Assembly (NCBI GenBank): GCA_043822065.1
Contig: JBDRCC010000020.1
Coordinates: forward strand, 54,140-118,139
From: an archaeon
GTDB lineage: Archaea > Undinarchaeota > CAZHTU01 > JBDRCC01
DNA: 64,000 nt
Reading direction: 5' to 3'
Shown here in pieces: positions 9,030 through 18,256 of the stretch. The notes under the pieces are model-generated. The model was given only the letters and a program-made list of their open reading frames with translations. It did no database searches and was not told where the DNA came from. Each line of letters begins with the position of its first letter. Positions within the stretch are counted from its first letter, which is position 1. Both the position numbers and the translations under genes were made by a program.

Positions 9030-11090
9030 CTATTTCTTGCCCCAGTCGGCCTTCGATTTGCATTTCGGGTCTATGCACATCTCCCACGGCCTCTTGCCGC
9101 GGTTTATTACCTTGATGACCGGCTTGCCGCACTCCTTGCATACCTTGCCCTCACCCTTTATCAGCCCTCCCTGCGGGAGCGGGTAGCTATTGCTGCACTT
9201 CGGGTAGTTTGAGCAGCCAGCAAACCGTTTCTTCGAAACCTTTGCACGGATTATCCTCAGCTCGCCCTCGCCGCAGGCTGGGCACTTCCCTATTGCCTTC
9301 TCCGCCTTTTTCGTCTCTATGTATGAGGACTGGAGCTCCCTTCCGATTTCAAGCTCGTCCTCCTTGAATTTTGACAGGACTTCCGTCAGGATGGTCTTCG
9401 CGTCCTCAAGAACGTCTTCCTGCCTCATCTTGCCGGACTGTATTGCCTCCATGTCATCCTCAAACTTCCGCGTCAGCGCGGGGTCTATTATCTGCGGGAC
9501 GTGCTTCTCGAGCGTGGAAATGATGTTCATCCCGAGCTCCGTGACTTCTATCGACCTGCCCGTGATGTAGTTCCTGTCCTGCAGGGTGGTTATTATCTGC
9601 GCCCTCGTCGACTTTGTCCCGAGCACGAGCGAGTCAAGCTTCCTTATGAGGGACGCCTCAGTGTACCTTGCAGGCGGCTGGGTCTGCTTTTCGTGCAGCT
9701 CTATCCCAAGCACATTTAGACTGCCACCCTTTGACAGGTCAGGTATCTCGTCCTCCTTCAGCCCGACGTATGGCTCATACAATACGTGCCAGCCCTTCTC
9801 GACAGTCCTTGTCCCCTTGGAGATGAACGGCTCTTCCGCGACGAGTATCCTTGCGGCTACGGTCTCCCTTACTGCCGGCTTCCCGAAGACTGAAAGGAAC
9901 CTCTTCGCAATCAGGTCGTACAGGCTCCTCAGCGGCTTGTCAAGCTCCGACGGCATTTCGCCAGTCGGGTGGATTGGCGGGTGCGCAGGGTCCTTTCCCT
10001 TTCCAACAGTTGGAATCATCTTGTCCTTCAGGACCTCTGCTGCGAGAACCGAGTACACCGGGTTCCTCTGGAGCGCCTGGACCACCTTACTCAGGTTTAT
10101 CCCAGGCGGGAACTGCTGGGACGCAGTCCTCGGGTATGAAATGAGCGCCATCTCGTAAAGCGTCTGCGCAAGCTTCTGGGTGTATGCTGGCTTGAACCCG
10201 AAGACGCGGTAAGCTTCGGTCTGGAGGGTGGTCAGGTCGAACGGCACAGGCGGGCTCTGGTTCTGCCTCTTCCTGTCGACTGACTCAACCTTGCCGTCTT
10301 TCCCCCTGCACTTCGCTACTATCTTCTCTGCGTCCTCACGCTTGTCGAACTTTTCCTTCTCGTGCCAGGCAGAGTACGGCGTATTGTCCGCCTTGAACTT
10401 TAGCTCCACCTGGAAATATGTCTGCGGGGCGAAGGCGCGTATGTCCCTCTCCCTATCGACGAGTATCTTGAGTGCCGGGCCCTGGACTCTACCGGTTGAC
10501 ATGGTCAGGAAATTCCCTGACGCCTTCCGTATGGCGTGCGTCAGCGCCCTGCTGACGTTTATGCCGTAAAACCAGTCAAGCTTGTGCCTAGCCTCGCCAG
10601 ATTCTGCGAGCTGGAAGTCAGGCTTTTCAAGGCTCTCAAATGTCCTTACTAGCTCCTCCTTGGTCAGGGTCGAGAACTTCATCCGCTTGGACTTTTTCAT
10701 CGAGCCAGGCGGGCATGCATGCTCTATTATGTTGTGGCCTATGAGCTCGCCCTCCAGGTCGTAGTCAGTCGCGACGACGAATTTTGAAGCCCCAACTGCA
10801 AGGGACTTTATCCTCTGAAGGTATGGCTTAGAAAACTTCGCATTCTTGTCGACATCGGAAATCGGAGCCCAGCTGATGCCGAAAACCGGGTACTCCCAGC
10901 CGCTCTCTGTCTGCTTGAGCCCGAAAATATGGCCCACCGACGAGACGACGACTATCTCCTCGCCCCCGTGGCTGAGAATGTAATTTGAGACCTGCCCCTT
11001 TTTCTCCTCCTTGACCGGGCCGTCTGCCAGCGAAGCCGCAATCCTCCTGGAAACGTTCGGCTTCTCAGTTATAACAAGCGTATAGGGCAT
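9030..11090 (-). CDS. topA: DNA topoisomerase I (type IA) with C-terminal zinc-ribbon repeats
   Basis: N-terminal TOPRIM (LVITEKPNVSRRIA), type IA core, C-terminal CxxC...CxxC zinc fingers; 686 aa. Confidence 0.8.
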   Translation of the reverse strand: MPYTLVITEKPNVSRRIAASLADGPVKEEKKGQVSNYILSHGGEEIVVVSSVGHIFGLKQTESGWEYPVFGISWAPISDVDKNAKFSKPYLQRIKSLAVGASKFVVATDYDLEGELIGHNIIEHACPPGSMKKSKRMKFSTLTKEELVRTFESLEKPDFQLAESGEARHKLDWFYGINVSRALTHAIRKASGNFLTMSTGRVQGPALKILVDRERDIRAFAPQTYFQVELKFKADNTPYSAWHEKEKFDKREDAEKIVAKCRGKDGKVESVDRKRQNQSPPVPFDLTTLQTEAYRVFGFKPAYTQKLAQTLYEMALISYPRTASQQFPPGINLSKVVQALQRNPVYSVLAAEVLKDKMIPTVGKGKDPAHPPIHPTGEMPSELDKPLRSLYDLIAKRFLSVFGKPAVRETVAARILVAEEPFISKGTRTVEKGWHVLYEPYVGLKEDEIPDLSKGGSLNVLGIELHEKQTQPPARYTEASLIRKLDSLVLGTKSTRAQIITTLQDRNYITGRSIEVTELGMNIISTLEKHVPQIIDPALTRKFEDDMEAIQSGKMRQEDVLEDAKTILTEVLSKFKEDELEIGRELQSSYIETKKAEKAIGKCPACGEGELRIIRAKVSKKRFAGCSNYPKCSNSYPLPQGGLIKGEGKVCKECGKPVIKVINRGKRPWEMCIDPKCKSKADWGKK

Positions 11091-11128
11091 AGCATGGATG
11101 GATTTACTAAACCTTATAAATACTTTCC

Positions 11129-11917
11129 CTATCGGTGCAGGAATTCAAGCTTCTCATAGAAGCTTTCCCTGAACCTGACGATGTGCGCCTTCTCGTCCGA
11201 CTTTTTTATCCTGATTTTCTCATGCCTGATGTTATGGCGCTCTATCCCGTCGGCAACTACCATCATCTCGCCGGTCTCGATGGCAACGTCAATGACGCTG
11301 CTGTCCGGGATAACCAGGGACTTGGACGAGAGGGAGTGGGGGGAAAGGGGCGTTATTATTATGACCTCTGCGAGCGGGTGCACTATGGGCCCGCCGGCCG
11401 AAAGCGAATAGGCAGTGGAGCCGGTCGGCGTTGCAAGAATCAACCCGTCGGACCTGAAGGTCTTGTACCCTTTATTGTCAACAACAACCTTCATCTGGCA
11501 CAGTCTGCCCGGCTTATGGGTCATGATGACAATCTCATTCAGGACGGGATGCTGCCTCTTCTTGTTTATCCAGAAGTCTAGCTTGGCCCGCTCGACGATT
11601 CTGTAGTCCCCCGCAAGGACTCTCTTTATTGCAGACCTGTAGTCCCTCTCGGTCGCCTCGCAAAGGAAGCCGATGCCCCCCTTTTTTATGCCCAGAATCG
11701 GCGTCGAGTTCCTCTGCAGGTAGGCTGTTTTCAGCATTGTGCCGTCCCCGCCGATGGCAATTATCATGTCGGCCTTGCCAGAATAGGGCTTGGCCTTCAC
11801 GGCCTTTACAAGGTTTCCAGAATACTTGACATCGTGCCCCCTTAGCAGGGCTTTGACATTTTTGACAATCTCAAGGACCTTTGGGTCAGTTTTATGGGCG
11901 GTTATTACGAACTTCAT
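11129..11917 (-). CDS. nadK: NAD(+) kinase
   Basis: GGDGTML and GSTAYSLSAGGPIVHP motifs; start moved to MKFVITAHK. Confidence 0.8.
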   Translation of the reverse strand: MKFVITAHKTDPKVLEIVKNVKALLRGHDVKYSGNLVKAVKAKPYSGKADMIIAIGGDGTMLKTAYLQRNSTPILGIKKGGIGFLCEATERDYRSAIKRVLAGDYRIVERAKLDFWINKKRQHPVLNEIVIMTHKPGRLCQMKVVVDNKGYKTFRSDGLILATPTGSTAYSLSAGGPIVHPLAEVIIITPLSPHSLSSKSLVIPDSSVIDVAIETGEMMVVADGIERHNIRHEKIRIKKSDEKAHIVRFRESFYEKLEFLHR

Positions 11918-12016
11918 TAAACTAATTATGAATGTTGGTAATATAAAGTTACCCAATGGGTTACTGGCATCTTACTCTCTCTAAACGTTTAAGGGTTAAA
12001 AATCCTAAATTATTTC

Positions 12017-12820
12017 ATGAAGTTTGATTTGTCGCAGGTTGAATTCTCCGAAACTGACATAGAGCGCGAAATAAAAATACCAAACAAATTAACCCCCGAA
12101 TTGGCAGAAATAATTGGTTTGCATCTGGGCGACGGGAATATTTACAAGCAAGCTGGCCGTGGCTCTGTATTTTCGTATACTTGCTGTCTTGACCAAGAAA
12201 GAGCGTATTATGATCAATACTTCATTCCAAAATTGAAGGGTCTCTTCAATTTGAAGGTAAGACCTCACATACCAAAAGAGAACGAATACCGCATTCGGAT
12301 ATACTCTAAAGCTCTTTTTACTTTTTTTACAAAGGTTCTCAAAATTCCAGCATGTAATAAAAATAGTATGCTAGCCGTCCCCCAATATATAAAAGAAAGC
12401 AGCCGTGAAGTTAACAATGCTTTTGTTCGAGGGTTTGCCGATACTGATTTTTGTCTAATTTTTAAAAAGCGGCACAAAAAATTCCATTACTACCCTTCAA
12501 TAACCGGCATGTTGTCCTCAGCCACTATACTACAGTATATCGAAGACTATCTCCAAGCAATGGGCTTCGAACTATCTCATTGCTACAACCGCAGACAATA
12601 CGACCGTAGAACCGGTAAGTTCTACACAAAGAATGAAATCGCGCTCTACGGTTCGGATAATCTTGGAAAGTGGATGCGGGAAATAGGATTCTCGAATCCA
12701 AAGAATATTACTAGATACGCGATTTGGAAACAATACGGCATCTGCCCACCGCAGATAACTCAGGAAGAACGGAACCGAATCCTAAGTGGAGAGCGGTCAC
12801 CCTACTCCCATTATGAGTAA
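12017..12820 (+). CDS. Free-standing double-motif LAGLIDADG homing endonuclease
   Basis: Two LAGLIDADG motifs (EIIGLHLGDGN and FVRGFADTDF); region is about 40% GC versus about 57% in the flanks; stop codon abuts the tRNA 3' end at 12821. Confidence 0.7.
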   Translation: MKFDLSQVEFSETDIEREIKIPNKLTPELAEIIGLHLGDGNIYKQAGRGSVFSYTCCLDQERAYYDQYFIPKLKGLFNLKVRPHIPKENEYRIRIYSKALFTFFTKVLKIPACNKNSMLAVPQYIKESSREVNNAFVRGFADTDFCLIFKKRHKKFHYYPSITGMLSSATILQYIEDYLQAMGFELSHCYNRRQYDRRTGKFYTKNEIALYGSDNLGKWMREIGFSNPKNITRYAIWKQYGICPPQITQEERNRILSGERSPYSHYE

Positions 12821-12921
12821 TGGGCCTGGAGAGATTTGAACTCTCGACTTCCAGCTATCCTAGGATGTACAGAGTACAGCCATATAAGACTGGCACTCTA
12901 ACCAAGCTGAGTTACAAGCCC
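12821..12921 (-). tRNA. Intron-containing tRNA, anticodon UAU if the intron is at canonical position 37/38 (tRNA-Ile for AUA)
   Basis: Hand-folded cloverleaf: acceptor GGGCTTG/CAGGCCC, D-arm ACTC/GAGT, anticodon stem CCAGT/GCTGG interrupted by about 26 nt, T-arm GAGAG-TTCAAAT-CTCTC; no CCA encoded. Confidence 0.6.
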
Positions 12922-12980
12922 GTAACGATAGCTTAGAAAACTGTTATATTTATATATATCCCTCTTAGCTAGTATCAAAC

Positions 12981-13868
12981 ATGGAAACGAAGCATGAAGT
13001 GAGGGCAGTTCTGGAAGAAGCCGGCTTTGACATCTTCGAGACCAGCCGCGGCTACTCATACGACTTTATCGCCAGGAAGGAATCCAGGCTCATCTTCATC
13101 AAGACCCTCTCCAACCTGGAGTCGTTTTCGCTCGAGCACGCAAAGGACCTTTCCTCCCTTTCAAATGAGCTGAGGGCGAGCGTCCTCATCGTCGCGGACG
13201 GCTCGGCAGCAGGGAAGCTGAAGGATGACACAGTCTACGAGCGGTTTGAAATTCCCGCAATCACCGTCGGCACCCTCAGGCACATACTCGAGGGGGAGGA
13301 CCCCCTGGTCCGCGCCGGAAGGGGCGGATTTTACGTCCAGATTGACGGAGACCGGCTGCGGGAGATTAGGGAGCAGTCAGGAATGTCGCTCGAGCACCTG
13401 GCAAGGCGCGCCGGAGTGTCTAGGAAGTCAGTCCGCGAATACGAATCATCCGGAAGCGCGACAATCAAGACCGCGATCCACCTTGAGCAGATAATCCAGG
13501 AGTCGGTCGCCAAGCCGATAAACGTATTCGAAATCGAGACAACGCTTATCGAGCGCAAAATCCATGCGTTCGAGAACTCCGTCGTCCAGAAGCTGAACGT
13601 CCTTGGCTTCGACGTCGCATACGCGAAAAAGTCCCCGTTCAACATAGTGGCGCGCGAGGCGAAGGAGGACATAATCTCGGGGCTTACCAACGAGAACTTA
13701 AGGGAAAAGGCGACAGTCCTCAGGCGCGTCGGAGACCTCCTTGAAGCTGAGCCGCTCTTCATACTCAAGAAGTCCAGGACAACTGAAATCGAGGGAATCC
13801 CGGTAATCGACGAGAAGCTCCTCAAGAAGATACGCGACCTTGACGAGTTTATTGAAGCGTGCAGGTAA
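12981..13868 (+). CDS. Conserved archaeal HTH (XRE-type) domain protein, COG1395-like predicted transcriptional regulator
   Basis: Central HTH LREIREQSGMSLEHLARRAGVSRKSVREYE; 295 aa; TATA-like TTTATATATAT upstream. Confidence 0.5.
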   Translation: METKHEVRAVLEEAGFDIFETSRGYSYDFIARKESRLIFIKTLSNLESFSLEHAKDLSSLSNELRASVLIVADGSAAGKLKDDTVYERFEIPAITVGTLRHILEGEDPLVRAGRGGFYVQIDGDRLREIREQSGMSLEHLARRAGVSRKSVREYESSGSATIKTAIHLEQIIQESVAKPINVFEIETTLIERKIHAFENSVVQKLNVLGFDVAYAKKSPFNIVAREAKEDIISGLTNENLREKATVLRRVGDLLEAEPLFILKKSRTTEIEGIPVIDEKLLKKIRDLDEFIEACR

Positions 13869-13872
13869 CCAA

Positions 13873-14658
13873 ATGGACAGAGTACTCTTCATGGGCACCG
13901 GCGGAGGAAGGTGGAACTGCATCTACCAGACGCGCTCGACGGCAGGCTTCAGGCTCGAGCTCGGGCAGAAAAAAATCCACATCGACCCTGGTCCCGGCAC
14001 GATTTCCAGGTACAAGGCGCTCAGGATAAATCCGCGGACGAACAGCTGTATAATTGTCACACACTGCCACCTCGACCACTACGACGACGCAGAGGTGCTT
14101 ATCGAGGCGATGAGTATGGGAAAAAAGGGCGGCGTCCTACTCGCAGGAAAGAACGTTCTTGAAGGCACCGGCAACTTCCAGTCGCCAGTCAACACCTTCC
14201 ACCGCGCCCTGCTTGCTGAGTCCAAAGTGCTCTCAGACGGCGGGGAGTACCTCCTTGACAAAATAAGGATAGAGGCGGTCGGCTTGAAGCACTCTGAGCC
14301 GGAGAACATCGGCGTCATCTTCCATTCCAGCTCAAAAATCGGGTACGTGTCGGACACAGAATACTTTCCCGCACTCGCCCGCAGGTTCAAGGGAATGGAC
14401 CTGCTTATACTCAACCTCCTGCGCCCGGCAAACTTCAGGATTCCGGGGCACATGTGCACCGAAGACGCAATCACGCTCATAAACGAGGCAAAGCCGCGCA
14501 GGTGCGCCATAACCCACTTCGGGCTCAAGATGGTCCGCGCAAACCCGGCCGCCCACGCCGCGAAGATATCCTCCTCAACAGGAATCGAATGCATAGCCGC
14601 AGAGGACGGGATGCGCCTCGATGTGGCGAAGCAGACCAATTTACAGTCTTTCAGCTAA
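13873..14658 (+). CDS. Metallo-beta-lactamase-fold hydrolase
   Basis: HxHxDH motif (VTHCHLDHYDD); start set to MDRVLFMGTGGG to avoid overlap with the upstream gene. Confidence 0.6.
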   Translation: MDRVLFMGTGGGRWNCIYQTRSTAGFRLELGQKKIHIDPGPGTISRYKALRINPRTNSCIIVTHCHLDHYDDAEVLIEAMSMGKKGGVLLAGKNVLEGTGNFQSPVNTFHRALLAESKVLSDGGEYLLDKIRIEAVGLKHSEPENIGVIFHSSSKIGYVSDTEYFPALARRFKGMDLLILNLLRPANFRIPGHMCTEDAITLINEAKPRRCAITHFGLKMVRANPAAHAAKISSSTGIECIAAEDGMRLDVAKQTNLQSFS

Positions 14659-14689
14659 AAATATAAACCTTGGCGGGATTAGTCTTCAC

Positions 14690-15412
14690 ATGCGGATGTC
14701 CTACATATTTACAATCGCCCTTGCAGTGGCAGCAATCATACTCCTCTACGCCTCAATAGGGTTTTACGTCGACCGCTCCGAAGCCGAGGCCTGCACCCAG
14801 ACGCAGGAGCGGCTTGAACAGGCAACCCCAACGCTTCTTGGGGGGCAGCTCAAGTATGTTCTCTCAGAATTCGGCATGCCCGAGGTGCAAACCCCGGCGC
14901 CGGCTGATTACACGGCGTCAATTGCCTCCCTGCGGGCGCGCGGAACCGAAGACCCAGCCAAGCTGATAGACCTGACAACATTTGAAACAAGCCACTTCCT
15001 AATGTCGGGCTATCTGAAGACATCCGAGTGCAACCTCTTCACGAACCTTGCGCGCGTAAATCTCGGCCGCTCCTCCCTTTTCCTCGGAGAGCTTCTCAAG
15101 GGCACGGATGTCTCCCTTCTTGAAGGCGAGCTATCGGACGTAGACTCAAGCTACCTAGTGATAATACATTCCGCAGTCCCTGACAAATGCGGCTACGAGC
15201 CTGAGAACCTCTTCCTGACAATCTTGGAGGAGAAATACTGCGCAGGCCTGCACGAGCAGGCATTCCTTCTAGCGCAGTACCTCAAGGCAAGCTTGGACGA
15301 CGTCCAGGACGCGCCATCCAAAACCTACCGCGCAGTTATGCTCAACTGCATGGCAGACTGCGTAAATAGGGACGCCTGCCTGGATAACTGTTTAAATGAG
15401 AAAATAGCTTAG
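14690..15412 (+). CDS. Hypothetical membrane-anchored/secreted cysteine-rich protein
   Basis: N-terminal hydrophobic helix (MRMSYIFTIALAVAAIILLYA); C-terminal Cys cluster NCMADCVNRDACLDNC. Confidence 0.4.
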   Translation: MRMSYIFTIALAVAAIILLYASIGFYVDRSEAEACTQTQERLEQATPTLLGGQLKYVLSEFGMPEVQTPAPADYTASIASLRARGTEDPAKLIDLTTFETSHFLMSGYLKTSECNLFTNLARVNLGRSSLFLGELLKGTDVSLLEGELSDVDSSYLVIIHSAVPDKCGYEPENLFLTILEEKYCAGLHEQAFLLAQYLKASLDDVQDAPSKTYRAVMLNCMADCVNRDACLDNCLNEKIA

Positions 15413-15421
15413 TTCAGCCAC

Positions 15422-15529
15422 GGGCTCGTGGCGAAATGGTATCGCGCCGCCTTCGCATAACATTTTCTTTTAGAAAAGGAAAGCGTTAGGAAAAGGCGGA
15501 GGCTGCGGGTTCAAATCCCGCCGAGTCCA
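15422..15529 (+). tRNA. tRNA-Ala (anticodon CGC) with a 36-nt intron at 37/38 (about 15458-15493)
   Basis: Acceptor GGGCTCG/CGAGTCC, D-arm GCGA/TCGC, anticodon stem CCGCC/GGCGG, loop TTCGCA|A, T-arm GCGGG-TTCAAAT-CCCGC; intron contains TTTTCTTTTAGAAAAGG. Confidence 0.65.
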
Positions 15530-15568
15530 CTAATAATTATTATATAGGCCACTTTCAATATCTCGCTT

Positions 15569-16636
15569 ATGTTTGGATTTTTCAAGGAAAAGACCAACTT
15601 TTACAAGCTGGAGGAGAAAATCTCTGGTTACTCCAAACAGGGCTGGCATTCCTACCTGCTGTCCACCTACGCCCACAATGCCGCAGTCAAGTCGCTGGCA
15701 AAGCGCGGCAAGGCTATATCTGCAGCCTTTTACATCGAGTCAAAGCTCGATGCGGCGGAGCTGTCGGAAGTCCTTGCGCGGCGCATCGGGGACTTCACAA
15801 TAGCCGAGTCAAAGCTTTCCCAGCTCAAGCTCAGCGAAATCGAGCAGCTGTACCTAACGGATTATCTCTCCGGGGAGCTGTCTGACAAGGAAATCTACCC
15901 TCTAAAGATGCGCATGCCGGACTTCGAGAAAATGCTCAAGAAGGCGCTTACTGGCGGGAAGAACTATCTGCTGGACATAGGCTGCTGGAACGAGGAGTTC
16001 TTAGACGCACTCGAGGACAAATTCTTCTCAAAAAACAAGTACGACCACCTGCTAATCGGCACGGACTCTGGTGACGTAACCTGCGGGCGGGTTGACAGCC
16101 CAGACAAGGAGGATGAGCATGACAGGTTATACGACCCTAGTGACGCCGAGGACGAGCCGGATACTCCTTTCAGGGAGTTCTACCAGTTTGAAGTGGAGAG
16201 CAAGCACGATATTGCCGATGCCTATTACGAAGCCTGGGAGAAGACGGGAATCCTCAATGAGCTGCCGGACGGCTTCAAGCGCGACGACATACTCCGCTTC
16301 AGGTACGAAAAAAACATACTCACACTGCACGGCTTCCTTGGGGACTACCTTTCAACCAAGCGGCTTTTCAAGAAGGACTTCCTGGAAAAAACAAAATTCG
16401 ACGTAATCTTCCTCCGCAGGATGTTCCCCTATGTCGACTACAAAGATGTTTTTGAGGAGACTAATACGTTCACAAAGAGCTACTTCATAGTCTCCTACAG
16501 CCTTCCCTACACGAAGGACGACAAGCCAAACCCCTCGCCAGCTGAACTTTTGTCAGAGCTGAAGAAATACGGATTCAAAAAGGCGGACCTGTACGAGACC
16601 GAGACCTTCTTCTGGCTCCTTGCCAAAAAGAAATAA
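15569..16636 (+). CDS. Hypothetical protein (possible Rossmann/SAM-MTase-like segment NYLLDIGCWNEEF; acidic central region)
   Basis: Long ORF with good coding look; no confident family assignment from sequence alone. Confidence 0.4.
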   Translation: MFGFFKEKTNFYKLEEKISGYSKQGWHSYLLSTYAHNAAVKSLAKRGKAISAAFYIESKLDAAELSEVLARRIGDFTIAESKLSQLKLSEIEQLYLTDYLSGELSDKEIYPLKMRMPDFEKMLKKALTGGKNYLLDIGCWNEEFLDALEDKFFSKNKYDHLLIGTDSGDVTCGRVDSPDKEDEHDRLYDPSDAEDEPDTPFREFYQFEVESKHDIADAYYEAWEKTGILNELPDGFKRDDILRFRYEKNILTLHGFLGDYLSTKRLFKKDFLEKTKFDVIFLRRMFPYVDYKDVFEETNTFTKSYFIVSYSLPYTKDDKPNPSPAELLSELKKYGFKKADLYETETFFWLLAKKK

Positions 16637-16646
16637 GGGCGGCAAA

Positions 16647-17852
16647 TCAGAACGTTTCCAATTTGCCCTTGACCACCAGGTCTGTTATCTGCGTTATGTT
16701 CTCGAGCCAGTAGTCAGTCAGCTTCTCGACCTTGCTCTTGGCGTCAGAGAACTTCTTGCCCTTCTCCATCGTCACGTGGACGTTCGCGGCAAGCGGGTTG
16801 TCAATCGGCCTTCCAATCTGGCTGAGCAGCTTTACCTGGACCTCTCCGACGCCCTCAACCTGCTCGGCAATCTCGTCCGCTATCTTGTTTGACAGCAGGT
16901 TGTAGAGTTTTCCGACATGGTTTATCGGGTTCTTGCCCGAGGTCGCCTCAAGGCTCATTGGCCTGTAAGGCGTGATAAGGCCGTTGCACCTGTTCCCCCT
17001 TCCGGTCGAGCCGTCGTCCCCCATCTCGGCGGACGTCCCGGTAACCGTCAGGAAGTAGCAGTTGGACTCGTAGTTGTCACCCGTGTTGACACAAACGTTC
17101 ACTTTCCTGTCGGTGACGCTTTTTGACATCTCCTCGATGTCCTTCTTGATTGTGCCGACTACCGCCCTATAGTGGTCTATGTTCTCAGTCTTTCCAGAGA
17201 CTATCGCGGCTGCAATCGTCAGGTCGATGGTGTCGTTCCTCCTGAGCCCCATGACCTTTATGTCCTCCCCAACCTGGGGGCACTTGTTCTTGAACTCCCT
17301 TGAGTTCAGCCGCTTCTCGGTCCCGAAGACAAGCCTTTCGACGTCGCTGTACGGGGCAAAGCCTACGCCAAAGGAGGTATCGTTTGAGTTTGGCATGCTC
17401 TTTCCCCTTGAGAAGACGTCAACAAGGTCCGCAGACCCGCTTCCCATCCTGGAGTCTATGACGACGTGCCTGTCAACGTCGAGGTTCGGGAGGATCTCCT
17501 TGAGGTAGGTCTTTGCGGCTTCAATCCCGACCGTGTGGATTCCGACGTACTCGTCCCCGACCTTCTCGGTCGCCCTTCCTGAAAGGAGGATGTAAATCGG
17601 CTTGAGGACCTCTCCCCCGCCGAACTTAGGATTTGCATACCCGCCCACAATCTCCACCTGGTCGGTGTTGTGGTGCATGTACCTGTCAAACTTTTTGGCA
17701 TACTCCCTGCACAGCGCCCTGGAAACCGCCTCTGCGATTCCATCTGCCATGCTGTCCGGGTGCCCTATACCCTTCCTTTCGACAATCTCGAGGGGCATTT
17801 CGTCCATAAGCGGGGAATTTAGCTCCCCAACAAATATATTTCTGCCAGCCAT
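16647..17852 (-). CDS. mat: S-adenosylmethionine synthetase, archaeal type
   Basis: Archaeal MAT signature N-terminus (ERKGIGHPDSMADGIAEAVSRALC); start moved to MAGRNIF; TATA CTATATAAAT upstream. Confidence 0.85.
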   Translation of the reverse strand: MAGRNIFVGELNSPLMDEMPLEIVERKGIGHPDSMADGIAEAVSRALCREYAKKFDRYMHHNTDQVEIVGGYANPKFGGGEVLKPIYILLSGRATEKVGDEYVGIHTVGIEAAKTYLKEILPNLDVDRHVVIDSRMGSGSADLVDVFSRGKSMPNSNDTSFGVGFAPYSDVERLVFGTEKRLNSREFKNKCPQVGEDIKVMGLRRNDTIDLTIAAAIVSGKTENIDHYRAVVGTIKKDIEEMSKSVTDRKVNVCVNTGDNYESNCYFLTVTGTSAEMGDDGSTGRGNRCNGLITPYRPMSLEATSGKNPINHVGKLYNLLSNKIADEIAEQVEGVGEVQVKLLSQIGRPIDNPLAANVHVTMEKGKKFSDAKSKVEKLTDYWLENITQITDLVVKGKLETF

Positions 17853-17977
17853 ATTGATACCTCCGCTTGCCTTCAAATTATCAGTAATAATTTATATAGT
17901 TTCTTATTACTAATGGTAATAATTTATTCAATTTCCAGCCGACTGCCTAGTATTATACAAATGGTGGACTGATCATG

Positions 17978-18050
17978 CCCCTTTCTTTTAGAAAAAGAGA
18001 GTGGCAAGGTATTCCAAAGAAAACTACTTTAGTCCTCGCTCCGCTCGGAG
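17978..18050. repeat. Conserved ~70-nt element (copy B) directly 3' of tRNA-Ile; related to the 1255-1331 element
   Basis: CTTTCTTTTAGAAAAAG ... AAAGAAAACTACTTTAGT ... TCGCTCCGCTC shared with copy A; ends in palindrome GCTCCGCTCGGAGC. Confidence 0.45.
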
Positions 18051-18062
18051 CATTAAAATTAA

Positions 18063-18179
18063 TGGGCCTGACCGGATTTGAACCGGTGACCACCTGATTT
18101 CCACCCCTTTTCATTTTGCTTCCGGCTTTCTGAAAAGGCGATATCAGTCAGGCACTCCACCAGGCTGAGCTACAGGCCC
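18063..18179 (-). tRNA. tRNA-Ile (anticodon GAU) with a ~43-nt intron at 37/38
   Basis: Acceptor GGGCCTG/CAGGCCC, D-arm GCTC/GAGT, anticodon stem CCTGA/TCAGG, loop CTGATA|A, T-arm ACCGG-TTCAAAT-CCGGT. Confidence 0.65.
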
Positions 18180-18256
18180 GTGCGGATAATAATGCCTGCT
18201 GCAGATTTTAAAGATTTCCCTTCGACAGGTTTATCAATTGCGCAAACAAAGCTTAA

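Noticed and set aside
9030-11090. Reverse gyrase call for the type IA topoisomerase
   Set aside because: The protein is only 686 aa and lacks an N-terminal helicase domain; it is consistent with topoisomerase I/III.
12821-12921. Direct repeat of the tRNA 3' end on the far side of the LAGLIDADG gene (att-site pair)
   Set aside because: Looked for GGAGAGATTTGAAC-like sequence around 11940-12016 and found none, so an integrase-type insertion with an intact attL/attR pair is not supported.
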